DNA of 64,000 nt, from positions 20,020,950 to 20,084,949 of the forward strand of contig NC_134029.1 in assembly GCF_964204645.1 (NCBI RefSeq), read 5' to 3'. Made by a program: the position numbers and the translations under genes. The DNA is from Tubulanus polymorphus. Its lineage: Eukaryota > Animalia > Nemertea. The stretch's first letter is position 1; the number at the start of each line of letters is the position of its first letter. The notes under the pieces are model-generated. The model was not told where the DNA came from. It saw only the letters and a list, made by a program, of their open reading frames with translations, and did no database searches. Positions 1-14,100 of the stretch are shown piece by piece.

Positions 1-930
1 TTTCTAGCTGATTAACCATTGGGATTAAGTAACATATTGGTTACATTATTTTGGTTGTTCAGTCCTTCTACTTTATGTATTTCTGTTTAACTATTTGAAT
101 GTTTTTATGGTAAGGCCTGATATTTCCTTCACGTTCGTCGTGTGAGTCGGTCTTTGAATATAATATAGGGGACCAGAAATTTGTGTACGTTAGAAAAAAC
201 TATTTGTATGTTTGTCGTTCACTTAGCTCATTTCATTATTATTCGGACTTTAATTATTCTGAACTGAAGTACACCAAATTCAAACAAAAGTGATTGGTAT
301 TTTATAGGTTGTGTTATTATGACATTGAAGGTGCATTCAAAAACGTTGAAAAACTTCTTATAGTCCTAAGTTTTAACTCGTGTCTTTAATTGTACAGTTG
401 GCTGAAAAATTAGCAGGGAAGGTGCAGTGCCGCTTCTTAGATTTCGATATTGGCCATGGCCATTAATAGCTCATCTAATTTCTCATTCCAAATGATGAAT
501 ATTTCGTGAATACCCCTCTTTTGATCATTTATTGGTCCCGACTAACCCAAAAAATAGGTTGGATGAATCAAAAATCAAAATTATTATCTACCTATGTTTT
601 ATGAGATAGGACGTATATTTATTTGGTAAAATGAAAAAGTCAATACTTGTATCTGATAGTTGGAAGAAGGTAGAGAAGAAAAGATTGTTGTTTTTTTTAC
701 GTTGTTCTACTTTGTATTTGTAAACTGATGTGTACATGTTGGTATGGATTCATATATAAAGGGAATAAAGCTAATAATTTAAGAGAGTGAAGGTTTTGAA
801 GATTTTGTTTATTTGTATGTAGCGTAATCCACAGGGACTTGCGGATAAAACCAATATCAATGATCGACCCGAGTATCCCTGTTAAATGGATACTGTGGTT
901 GTCATTGATACTGGTTTTATCCACCTCACT

Positions 931-1066
931 CTCTGCTATCACGGGCCTGACACAAAAAAGTTTTTGACTCCAGTATCCTAGGTACCATACAAAAACCCGT
1001 TTTCTATATTGTACCTAGGAATGGGTGCTGGGGTCAAAAAACTGTGTCATGCCCTTTGATAGATAG
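931..1066. mobile_element. Palindromic MITE-like element upstream of the GalNAc-T promoter
   Basis: CTATCACGGGCCTGACACA..TTTTGACTCCAG..CCTAGGTAC mirrored by GTACCTAGG..CTGGGGTCAAAA..TGTGTCATGCCCTTTGATAG. Confidence 0.6.
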
Positions 1067-1189
1067 TTACCTAATCGTTGGTGGTAAGTTTTTTATAATC
1101 GGATGGGCTTATATGTGGTTTGTGAAAATATCCGCTCGTGAAACTAAACCACAGTCAGGTTACTGACTAGCCCTTTGACTGCTATCAAT

Positions 1190-1499
1190 TATCACAAGTC
1201 CCTGTGCAGGAAGTCAAGTCCCTGTGTCCGTAGAATCAGTCCTCTTTTGTCAGTTGTGGCAAGCGAGGACGAGTATGTCCGTACAGTGCTGCCACCGCTT
1301 CATCGGAATATCGTTGTTCCGATCATCGGAACATTTGACAGCGCATTTTACTTCCGGGTCGATTGAACGTGGACAGTGAAAGTGAAGTGTTTGACGCTGC
1401 TTGGGATACTATCTCAGTGGATTATACCGTATTCAAACAACAATGATTTCTGTCTGCTGCAGGATTTGAAAGTTTCGTCGTCGACTTAAAAGTAGTCTG
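1190..1499 (+). promoter_or_regulatory. Probable promoter and non-coding first exon of the GalNAc-T gene
   Basis: Locally GC/CpG-richer block with a duplicated CAAGTCCCTGTG motif and an ETS-like ACTTCCGG (about 1350). Candidate donor TCTG|GTAGGC at 1499/1500; the ATG exon begins at an acceptor at 1908, which implies an upstream UTR exon. The TSS cannot be determined. Confidence 0.4.
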
Positions 1500-1952
1500 G
1501 TAGGCCTGGATGAATCAACTCTTACTCATGACATTGTCTTTAATTTGAAGAATGTATCATCACAATCACTTCACAGTCACGCACACTGCAAGGAAAATTT
1601 TTTTCAAAAAAAAAGTTTTGTAAACTTAAGATTTTTACTCGTTCAAACGCCACTCGAATGTCTAGAAAACACTTTTCCGTATTTTAATAATTAAGTACCT
1701 ATAAAATGTGGTTTATATTTTAATTTTTTTCTGGAAGGGTTGAATTTTTATAAGTAGGGTGATGAGTTGAGAGGTTTCTAAACTTTTCATTTTTTTTTCC
1801 AAAAAAAGCGTCACTTGAATTATGACCTCGAAAGTGCTATTATGATAGTATAGGCTTGCATATGATTAAGATATTGGGTGATTATGATTTATTTCGAATC
1901 TTTTCAGGACGATTTAGGCTAGATTTTTAAAGAAAAATTCCCAGGAATCATC

Positions 1953-2189
1953 ATGAGACGGAACAGCGTTCGGTTGTTGAAATACGTTTGCGTCGTAGGA
2001 TTATTTCTGCTCGTGGCGCCTGCGGTGTTGAAGTACTACTCGATGAGCGGCGATGAATCGGCAGATTCGGAAAAAGCGCAACGATTCGAGCACGGATTAC
2101 GCAATAACGCTGGATTAGTTATGAATTTAGAGAACTCGCGCGAAACCGCAAAAAAACCGCCCGATGCCGAAGAGAGCAATCGCATACAA
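1953..2189 (+). CDS. GALNT10: GalNAc-T coding exon 1 (cytoplasmic tail, TM anchor, stem)
   Basis: Acceptor ttttcag at 1907; [26 protein letters not shown] signal anchor; donor CAA|gtaagt, phase 0. Confidence 0.88.
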
Positions 2190-5100
2190 GTAAGTAGACC
2201 TCGATCCACAAGTCTTGTGAAAAAGTCTAAGCTCAAAACAGTTTAGTTTGAAATTCTTTTTCTCGTATAAACTGAAATTCATTTAGAGACAAAAAATACT
2301 AAGTACGCAGATCCAGCCTTCTGCTGTCAGCACTTGAGGGGTAATTGTGGATTTTTAGAAAATGTTTTCTTCATGAGGTGGAAAATTCGGAAATTTTCTA
2401 CAGAGGAAAATAGGGCCTGTTAGTCAATACAGATAAATGTGTCAAGGTGACAGGCTATACAGTACTCAACAAAGGGATGAACTTTTAATTGACAGCCTAA
2501 ATGATGAAATGAATTGAGCCTAACCAATAGCATCGAATAAACCAAATCATTCCAGTCGAACTTTTTTTTAATGAAATTGGCTCGTTAAGCTTAATTTTCC
2601 GTAAAATATATATTTTTAAATCCGAACTACGTAACTTTGAGAGATAGGCTATATATTCGATGGGTATTTTTTTTTCAGGTAACTGCACCCCCTGGAGCCA
2701 TCATCGGAAGTGATTCGAACCTGCCGCTGAAGAAAATAGATTGGCACGATTACGGGGCTATCAGTAACGAATTAAAAAGAAAAGGTAGGATCGTAGACTT
2801 AAATTTGCTTTTTATAAATCAGAGGCCAGGACATTGAAATATTCACCCAAGTGTTGAATTTACAATTCGAATCGGTATACAATCCTGTGATGAATATTGG
2901 AGTGCATTGAAGATTGTACGGCCTATAAATCTCTTTATTTAGTTATAACACTAGTATTACTGTTTAAAGGTAACCATTAGGATGACCATTGGTATATAGG
3001 CCCTTAATGTCGAAACTGAATAAATTGGCTCAAGCTCATTGTCAATGAGCTTGAGCCAATCTATTCAATCTGATCAATTTGATCAATAGTTATTTGAATA
3101 ATTAACTCACATCCAACTGCCGAAACAAGGCCCATAAAGTGTTATGGAAGTATTGATCTGTTATAAATACTGGTGAAAACATCTATTCTTGACGTTATAC
3201 CTATATCACACGTTATGGTCACAGCACCAGTTGTGGTCAAGGTATCTGCGTTCACACTAGGATTTCAGTACGGTACTAAGCGTTCACACTAGGAAATCAT
3301 TCGAGGCCTATTCGCGGCTTATTCAGTTCCGTACTGAAATACGCGGCTTATTAAGCGCGGAATGCGATTTCGCGCCGAAAACCCGATTTCAGTACGGAAC
3401 TGAGCTGGCCGCGTATTTTCCGTAGTGTGAACGCAGATTCGGCGCTTAGCTAGCCGCATATTTACATCCTCTTAGTACAATTCACTAAACGCTAATTACA
3501 CTCTCCTTTATTGGTAACTGGGTGACTACTACACTGGGCTTACTAAGTGCCGAATTGCCAACTCTACGTGTGAACTTAAATGGCTGTATAAGCGCTGTAT
3601 TTTGGTGAATTCGGCACCAGCGATGTATGGTACTTCGTAAGCGACCATCTAGTGTGAACACTGCTGTAAACAGGATAAAGAGCAATGGACCATCGTTGAA
3701 ATCAGCCTATGATTATATACACGTGTGTTCATTGCGTACCATTTGTACGTAATTGAGTTTAACTAGTTTTTCAACTGTGATGAATAATTGAAATTAGATG
3801 ACTTCTTTGTTTGTGCAGTGAAGTACTGAGATAGCTTGTAACGCAGCAGTGAAGTATTGTCATCTTCCAACAATGAGTATCGATTAGGTATAGAGTTTAC
3901 ACTTCTACAATCTGTATCAATAATTGATGGGTTTAGTCTCTGCAGAATTGCTTACACTGCCAATTAATAGTCCTTTATTATATGAATATAGGCTGCTATC
4001 GATATTTATGATAGTAATTGTTTTTTTTTTTTATAACGGTTTGACCGCGCCAGAAAAGCCACGTAGACTACATTACGTTAGTAATATCTTAGAAAAAATA
4101 GAAACTGGCCTTGGTCAGGTGGCAATGTAAATCCAAGTACCGAGATTGGAAAGCTGAAAAGATAGAATATGAAAATGTTAAAATTTATCAAAATGTTAAA
4201 AATCATCATGAAATCCGAATTTTCAGTTTTCCCACTAAACACATTTTCAACTTTTCTTCGGCTTTCTGCTTGTTGGACTTGGATTTATTATTCATTCACG
4301 ACACAGTGCGAATTTCAAGCTCTACCTCATCAGGTGGCAATGTATCATAGTGTACGTGTGAAAAATCCACTATTAGGCGATCAAGTGGCAGCAACTTTAT
4401 TCGTTCAAACATGATTGAAAATAGTATTTATCATTATTGCAAAATAAATAGTTGGCGCGTTCAAAGCTCTATAGGCCCCAGCCTGTACCCCGTCACATGG
4501 AAACGTTCATTAGCGGCCTATTGCTAATGAGAAAAAAACTGCGGTAACTAATGATTGATGAAATTACAGTAAAAGAAATAATACACTCCCCTGATGGGTA
4601 AATGATTAATCAATGCCGATTTAATGTCTGTCTACCCCGGCGTTACCGGACTCGGCGACTAATCAGCCATTAGCGACTGATAGTCATCGCTAATAAATGT
4701 ACATACGAGGCATTAGTGCTGAATTAAAGATCAGTGAGTATAATTACTCGGGTGTAGTCGATCGGCCGGAATGGAAAGTTATAGTAATAATAATATGTGC
4801 CTATATAGCGCTAAATCCAGCCAAGCTGCTCAGAGCGCTTTACATTTTTCGATATTATTACCCAGGCCAATTTTATACTCTAACATGTATCAATCATCTC
4901 TCCCTGGGGAGAAGTAACACCGAGCTGCTAACAAACGCTCGAGTCATCTATCGGGCCAGGTACCCATTTACTCCTGGGTGGAGAGAGGCAATGAGGATAA
5001 GTGCCTTGCCGGAGGACACTACGGCGATGTACGGGGTTCGAACCCACGAACTGGCTTCCCAGAGTCGAACGCTCTAACCGCTCGGCCACACCGCTCCACA

Positions 5101-8100
5101 GTTTCGATAATGTAGAACTCGAGGGAAAACCGCAGAAATGATAGAAATAAGTTTTTACGCCTCGTCGACCACTCGTGTCGTTTTCGTAGATAACGAGCCA
5201 ATCCGGAGACAACTGCTGTACGCGAAGCCAGCGTTAAGGATAGCCGGGCTTATCGAGCAATTTATCCGACGACAAATTGATGGATAGTTTATTTTGATGT
5301 ATCGGCGTGTACGTCCGCGGATTCGACCCGGGGCTTGTGTCTCGTAACGAAAAATCGCGGTACAGCCGTTTTCATGACGCGTATGCTCGAAAGAACGCGT
5401 TTGATGACCGCAGTATAGGAATATTAGCGTTCAAAATTCTGTGTCCTGCGAAAAAATTCATTCTTTTTTTGTGTCCACTCAATTTTACCGTCGAATAAGA
5501 ATTTAGAAACGTAATTGGTTCTTGGGCTTCTTCTGTGAGACCCTTATTCTAGTACCGTTTGTCTGTCTCTGTATGTCTGTTATCGGCTACTTAGCTTTGT
5601 TAATAGTGGGTCGATCTTGGTGAAACTTGGGAACAATGTTAGCACGGGAGTCTAGTTGTGCAGTGCATGGAATCGGCCAGTGCGCCACCTAGTGGCGTGA
5701 CTAGGCACTAAAATGCCTGTTTTTCATCGACATGACCTTGAAGATGACCTCATTACTGAGGAACGGGGTCGAAAATTCACAAAGTTGCCGGTTAACAAAA
5801 TTAAACTATGGGTCCTAGATAGGACATATCCAAAATGCAGTGGGAACTAACGCATGGTAATTTCGGAGTTCGAACCTAAGCCCGACAACCGTTGTCAACT
5901 GAGGCTTGTTATATAAGAATTTGTCGCAGGTTGAGGTGGAACATTCCTTAAAATTCTTCAACTCTGTCAGCTCCTGTTCAATCCTGTTTATCGCGTCGAA
6001 TCTTTCGATGTATTCCGCAAATACCGTGAAACCGATACCGGCGGAAATGAGACTAGAGATGACTAGATGACTAGGGCTATCGAACAAAAATGTTCCCTGG
6101 ACCGAGTTCAATGCACAGCAGTTGTGGATCCAGATTTGAACTGATTTTGACATTTTTGAAACTTCGTCCCACGTTTTTGAGCTCGATTCGAATGAACCAA
6201 TTTGAACTATAGCCGCGATCACACAGAGACAGTTTGGCCCGCGGTAAATTGGCCGGTATCAGGCCTGAGTCAAATTTGGCCCATGTCTTATCAGAGAGCG
6301 TTCACACGTAAACCACTCGCTCTCGATACTAAACAAAGTGAGTCACTTCCGGAACCTGTTGCAATTCAAACGCAATAATTTGACCCATGCTAAAATTTGA
6401 CACAGGCCTGGTCCGACCTTTATGGTTAGGCCAATAGGACACTGACCCGTTTTGCACCCTTGTGAATAGTTGCTTTGGGCCTAATTAATTTAGCCCGGGC
6501 CGAAAATGCTCGTGTGACCACGGCTTACAAAGTCATGTCAGGCGTATGTGGAATATATTTGTCGGAACACTCTTCATTTCACCAGCTCGAAATATCGGAT
6601 ATAACGTAAACCTGGTGATATTGAACGTGAAATTGCCATCAATTACTGCGACAATTAATCCAGTAATATACGATATTAATCGACAATTTCTGATTATCAA
6701 GTTATTCACCAGAGCTCAGTACTACAGTATCCCGCGGGGAAATTTCAAAACATCATTTCCGCAATTTCTTGTTCTGTACTGTAATGGCTGCTGTGAATTC
6801 GTTTCTGTAGAAAAGCTGATTTAAGATGGATGAAAGACTGTCTACACGAAACAGAACCGAAATTTCCTTTTATTACCTACTTAGATTTCGACCGAAATGC
6901 ATTTAAGAGAAACGAGAATCGTGGTTTCAGTAGCAATGTTTCCAAACATGTTCCTTTCTGTGTTTCCGAGCGCTGTGCGTATTGAGCTTAACCCGTTTAG
7001 CACTCAGGGTCCAGTTCCACAGTTCTGAGTTAAGATTTGGCCCTGGGTTAAAACTAACTTTAACTCAGAGTTAACTCTAACTCATGACTGTGGAACTGGG
7101 TCCAGGAATTTCACTATGTAGTGTCGATTACTCCTCAGAAAATTCAAGGGAAATTTCAAATTTATCATGATACAGAATAGCTCATTCCTAGTTGATTTTC
7201 ATATACTACAAATTCGTGTTATCTCGTAGTAAATAGTCAAGGCTTTCGTATGATATGAGATTTGATGAGGTGGGCCACCAAAATTGTGTCGTTTTGGCCC
7301 GTTTGAAGTGAGCGCTCAGTTGTGTCGTGTTCTTACTCCAAATAGCCGAAAATTTCAAATAGGAAGATGTTGATTTCTGTACGGTATTCAGAAGATTTGG
7401 GTGTCTAGTTTATCATAAGCTATTGGGTTCGAATACCGCTATAACCGTTTTTGTGCAGCATACGAAAAAAGTGTCGGGGCGGATTCGATAGGTAGGGCAG
7501 TAAGGGCGGCGTGAGGAGTTATAGGCAGGGTGGATACGGGCAACTTGAGTGCTAATGGGTTAACTATTTACACACGTATTACTCTGCTTAAATTAGTGCA
7601 TTAGTGCATGCAGAAGACACCGTGATACATTCCCATCGACTCGACACTTCAAAAGTGTTTAATCATCTTTGCAGGTCCCGGTGAACAGGGTATGGGCGTG
7701 CATTTGGACGCGTCGGATAACGACAAGAAGAACGAGCTTTACAAAGTGAACGGATTCAACGCACTCGCCAGCGATAAAATCTCATTAAACCGAGCGTTAA
7801 GAGATATCCGAAATCCGGCGTAAGTATATGAATCGTTTCTTGATTTTTCGCTCAGTCGATTTATAGCAGGGCCCCAAATACGAATCCTTGATTCTTTAAA
7901 AATTCCTTCTAAATGGAAAATGTGTTCGAAGATGCTTCAAACTGCTTCGATTCGAGCAAAATGTCAGAAACTCCTTCAATTTTGAAAAATAGGAAATTAG
8001 ATGAGAATTGTACATTAGACTAAATCAGTACAAATTGGAACCAGGATCTTTTTTTTACCTAAATAAGCGGTTACCGAATTAGAAACCGAGTGTTGTAGCG

Positions 8101-11100
8101 TCAAGGATAGAAATTTTGCTTTAACAAAACCACAGAATTATTGATTTACTCAGATAAACAGTACCGATTTAGGAGGAGTCTACAGTGATTGGGATAAATG
8201 TGATGTTGATACGTCCTTGAAATATGAGCTTTTTTCCTCTCTGTCGGTGTCAGAGACTGACTATCAAAGTTATCCCTAGGGGTAAATCCTCAATCTGGGT
8301 GACAACTACCATAGTAACAAAGAGAAACCACAATTTTCAAAATATTCCCAGGGACTATTTTTCTTCCACATCTATGAAACCCCAGGCGCTTATGATTCCA
8401 TGAATGTCTGATCTATCGAGACTTTGTTTTAGTATTTCCCGAATGGTTTTTCGGCGCCGATTCAAACGATAACCGTAATTTAGCTCGGCAGTTTTTTCTA
8501 GCAGTTGCCGGTAAAATGAAACTGCGTGTTGCTCGCGGAACTGTGATGTTCACCAGCAGCTATTAATTTCAAAACGCGAATTCTAGATAATAGTTGACGT
8601 AAACAGGCAGTTTCCTGATCAATGACAGTTTAAAATCATGTTTTCATCACCTGCTAGCTTCATTGACTTCACGCAATTAAACGCTCAACGGATCAGTTAG
8701 TAACTTAGCGGTGTAAGAAATGTAGGATTGATTGAATAGAAATAAATATCTTGTGAGAAAAATTTGATTATATCTAGCAGGGTCCCTACGATTCCTTGAG
8801 CCCTAGACTCCTAAACCAAAAATGTTTTTCAAAGTCATTGAATATCCTTGAAAACTCCTTGAATCCTAGGTTTTAGGCCTTGTTATTATACACACAGATT
8901 CTACCAAATTAAAGGTTTACCGAGATAAACAGTACCAATTTAGGAGGAGTCTACAGTGATTGGTATATGAAAGTGATGCTGGTGCGTATTAGAAATTAGA
9001 AATTTCTATCGAAAATATCAGAAACATTTTCTGCGAATTTTTCTGTGGCGATAACGCTTAGCAGCTCGGGCAGGTGTTCGTCGCATGTCTGGGGTGTCTG
9101 TTATTGTTAGGTAGCTGGTGACGAAGGGTTAACGCAAGATCGATCGAATTCACTTTATCCTAACCGATTGTTTTATATCATGTTTCTCTCATTCTCTCCG
9201 TCAGTCGTCATCGTTCGGTCAATAGGATTAATTCGATTTCACTCAATAGAACCTCGTCCTCCGACTGCTTGCAACCCCCGATTGCTTTACTGCGTGCAAA
9301 TAACAACATAGCAAATAGACACAGTGGTTACTGTTTGTGTGGCTACCGATTGATTTCGAGGTAGACCTTCTACTCGAGTAGACAGGTTGTACGTTCTACA
9401 AACAGTTCACAGTATCAGCCAACAAATTTTTAACTTGTCTAACGCAGTTCATTGCTGTTTGACATCGAGTTCTATTTACCATTGGCCGAAGATTTTCAAG
9501 AAGCTCACATTAATTCTCCTCGAGTAGGCTATACATTTCTTGTTTTTTGGGTGATGTCAGTGCTGCTGGGGATTATTTGAAAATTTTGAAAAATTCAACC
9601 CAACTGCATACGGGTATGCCTCTATAGTGTGCGTACATTGCAGTGCAGTGTATAGTTAGTTACTTAATTTACTACGTTTGACAAATGCTGCCATCTTTCG
9701 ATATAGAAAAAAACCAACAACCTCAATATTTCATGCTGCGATGTATTGGCAAAGTCCATCAACGATTTATACACCGCATTGCGACAGAACTAGGCGCCAA
9801 AACTTGTTGTTTTTCAGTGACATGACTTTTAACACCGATTTATACACCGCACTGTAGTGTAGACGCACTGAAATGAATTAATGAAAGCAATAGATTCATT
9901 GCTGTCAGACTGTTTATATATATCGCGATGCGTGCGTCCGCGGTTAAGTAATGGTTGATTTGTTCTTATTACCGTCACCGGTTGTGTCATCTCTTCATCA
10001 TCGATTACGACGAGAAGCGCTGATTTACGACCGGTTTATCTAATTAATTTCGCCGGCACCGGTATACCGCCGTCACGCAACCAGTAAATCGTCGTCGTCG
10101 TCGACGAAGATGTTTCTCTATACTCGGATAGAGTAGATCGCGATTTCAATTCGCGAAGCCGTGTAGTTAATGAAGAGCGGTTGAAACTGGATTTTAGCTG
10201 TCAGTTTACCGTTTTGGATCCGCCTTTTCGTCAGACGCGTGTACTAATTGTAAATAGTTGAGAGTACTTCGAGACTCGGTAAATATCAAAACTCCTTCAA
10301 AACGGAAACTGCTTCTAAAGATGCTGAAATATCTTTAATTTGAGCTAAGTGCCCAAAACCTTCTTTAACCCTTTCAGTGCTGACTTATTAATACCCTATA
10401 GTGCTGGAGATAATTTGAAAATGTTTGAATAATTCCACCCTATAGTGTGTTGAATAACAGGAATACCACTATAGTGCGTCACTGTGGTGTATCGTTAGTT
10501 ACTGATTCACTACGGTTGACCGCAGTGCAGTGTACTAGATCACCGATTCATACACCGCACTGTGGTGTAGACGCACTGAAAGGGTTTAATGTTAACAATC
10601 CTTCAATTTTGAGAAATAATCAATTAGAAATCGTTTTCTTCTTACTCCTTAAGCCAGTTAAGAAACTAGGTTAAGGTAGTATAAAAGATAAAAATGATCT
10701 TGAATAAAACCACTAAATTAATGATTTACCGAGATAAACACTACCGATTCAGGAGGGGTCTACTATTGTAATTTGGGATATGAAAGTGATGCAGACGCTT
10801 CCTCATATATTTGAAATTTTCTCCTTCGTAAGGGCTTGAAAACTCCTTATATCCAAGAATGACTGATGTGTAAGAACCCTATACAGAGTAGTTATCCATT
10901 TGTCTCGTCTCCAGAAATGATATACACAAACCTATTATGAAAATATAGCGTAATTCATAGTGGCAACATAAAAACTGGAGATTAGATAACAACAACAAGT
11001 ATACATCTTCATATGGACGAAGTTGTGAATTCCGGCTCAATCGGGCAACCGCCCGCAGGATTGATAGATGTATGAAACGAAATAGAATAATAATGTTCGA

Positions 11101-14100
11101 CGACGACGGATATCGGATATCTCGTTCTCGTTCGATTCGACATCAGTGTGGGAAATGTAACAGATGATATACACACAAGTCAATCAATATACAAATCATG
11201 GTGACATGTCAAAACCACGCATGTGGCGACACACCGCCGATTATAGGCCTATTGGCGGTTCGTTGTGCGTGAATGAAAATCTATTCGAAAATCTCCTCGT
11301 AGATTCCGAGTTATCTACATTCTATGTTTGCCTTAGATTAGATAAGAAATCTGTAAGGGAAAATCTACTGTTTTTAAAGCTCTACTGACAGAAATCTATT
11401 AGAAAAAAATCGACGAGATCAAATCTTTCGTATATGCGTATGAATAACTGCCTGATTTTCATTTTCATATGTGCATTTCTAAGTTTTCCACCTGTATGTA
11501 TTGGGGCACCAGTCCTGGGTCCAGTTCCGAAGTTCCGAGTTAAGATTTAATTCTGAGTTAACTCATTGAAAATGAACTAACTTTGTCTTTAACTCTAACT
11601 CACAAATGTGGAACTGGGCCCTGAGGTAGCAAGGGGTTTGGTAGGGGAGTATTTGACTTGAGATATAAGCTGCGATCACACGGGAGACGATTTGGCCCGG
11701 ATCGGACCCGGGTCAAATTTGATGATGCCGTAACAAAATGAGTTGGGTCACTTCGGAGACCTGTAGCAATTCACACATGATAATAAGTCGACAGTGCCAA
11801 AATCTAGTCCGACATTTCTTGACTTATGAAGCAAGCACCAGCTCATAATTGGCACCCGTGTGATGAACGTTTTTTCTGGCCCTAATATGGCACGGGCTAA
11901 AAACGCTCATGGGATGGCAGCCATTATTAATTGAATTAACCTCCTAATTTTATTAGGAATGAAACCCTCAATGATTTCTGTGCCAATCCCGAAGGTGGTT
12001 TAATTTAATCGCGATGATTTGTGTTTCAGATGTCGAACGCAGAAATACTGGTCGAAACTGCCGAACGCGAGTATCGTCATACCGTTTCACAACGAGCACT
12101 GGTCAACGCTGTTGAGAACGGTCGTCAGTTGTCGCACGAGGGCTCCACGTCACCTTCTGCACGAGATCATTCTCGTCGACGATTTCAGCACTAAAGGTAA
12201 CGTTTACTAGTAACAGATGTCGTGTATCGAAGACCTGTCGATATCAACGACGATATGAATTATCCTTTGATGCGCGAGTACCGGTTAAAACTCGCGGAAA
12301 CCGAATGAAGTATTGCCACGTTTTGCTCCGGCGGGGGGCTGGAGTTATTGGTTTATCGCGAATTTCTACGAGACAGCTGCGTAAATATTTAATCCGAACG
12401 CTTTGTTGCGTCTGATGTTTTTCATTTCCCGTTTGCACTGAGGACTTCGTCGAGTAAATGGATATAGCTTCCTGTTTCGCCAGTGTAAATTTAGAATATT
12501 TTACGCGCAAACAACTTTTATCCGATTCCTTTTTTTGCTGATGCTTGCTCTATCATAGGTTTTTTGCTCGATTGGAGTTAGAAAATTCGGTCCGTGTCTT
12601 ACTATAGAATACGTGTTCATACCACTCACCCATTCACTTGATACTAAATAATTTGTCACCAAAATGAGTGGAGTCACTTTCAGAATGGGTAAGCATTCAC
12701 AGGCAATGATTTGACCAGTGCTAAAATTTAGCTCGGGCCTGGTCCGACGTTTTATAGTCCGGTCATATTTGGCCCGGGTTAAACAGGCATTGGCCCATTT
12801 GGCACCCGTGTAAATAGGCCAAAAAACCCCTGGGCCATAAATGTTTGTGCGATCGTGGCTATAGTATATAGCGAAAGAAGTTAGTTTCTGTTGCTGATTC
12901 AAATAACCCTTCAAATGTCCTTGGTATGGAGCGAAGAGAAAGAAATCTACGCTCGCATTACAGTTTCGTTATTACGTGTGCAACAATCATCCCTCCCTCC
13001 CTCCCTACGTCCCCGAAGTCATCCATTTTCTCCGCGCGCGACGAAACGAATATCGTAGTCGTCGCTCGCGAAGATCCCTAGATAATCGGATGATCGGAGA
13101 GGTTTTTATAACCACGGTAGTTTTATGATAGTTGACACCTAGCTGATGGCGTTTAATGCTCTATCACGCCTAGCGACTAACGACTAGTGAATGTAGCACC
13201 TGTTCGGATATTCATGGCCACTTTCTCGATTTCCATCTCTCTCGCTCTCTGCCGGTCTCTCGCTCGGCACCGCGGCTGGTCACGCGACCGTAATCGGTAT
13301 CAAATTGCGACGGCGCTTTTTCGCAGCGACGAACGTCTCGGCGGAAATTAAGGATAATTTGTCGGCGAAGATATTCGACATTGGTCACGCATCGGTCAAG
13401 TTTCACCCTATATTCTTTTTACGCCTCAGATCAATAAAGAGAGAGAGAGAGGGAGAGGAGGGGAGGGGAAGGAGGGAGGGAAGGGAGGGAGAGAGAGAGC
13501 TTTCTGTATATCGGGTTCCCGTTATAGTTCTCTGATCGCGATCGACAGATGCTTTCTTTTTTTGGTGCGAATTGATTTCTTTATTGCGTGTAAAAGTGAA
13601 TCAGACTCAGAAAAAATGTTGTTCAGCTCTTGTAGTTAGTGGCTGCGCCTTACTCTCAACTCGGCTCAACACGCACGCGTATCGTTTTAACCCTCAGTTC
13701 GACTTCAAATAGTAAGGATGAGCTAATTTCCCATGTTTTAACTAACGTTGAGTACTGTCTAATTGGATCCTGGACATCTTTAAAGCCTAGCGCGCGCTGC
13801 AAGATATAAACTCCAAACATGAAACAGAAATGCTTTTCTGGCTTGTTTTGCGACTGTGTGTCTTGCTTCGAAACGTGAAACACTGGTTTTATGTCTCGAG
13901 TTATGCGGGCTCATAGGCGTGCCCTGGAATTTTCATAGGGAGTTCGAATTAGCATCAATCCAGTATCTATGCACAATGTCGGGGGTTAGGTGGGCCTCCC
14001 CCAAAAAACTTTTTGAAAATTGGAGGCTTTAGAGACGTTTTCCGGGCTCTAAATGAATCATTAAGAGGTGAAAGACTAATCAAATTCGACAGAAAAATCT

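Noticed and set aside
5025-5097. Possible tRNA gene
   Set aside because: A and B boxes are present, but it continues into a SINE body and tail and has no proper acceptor stem.
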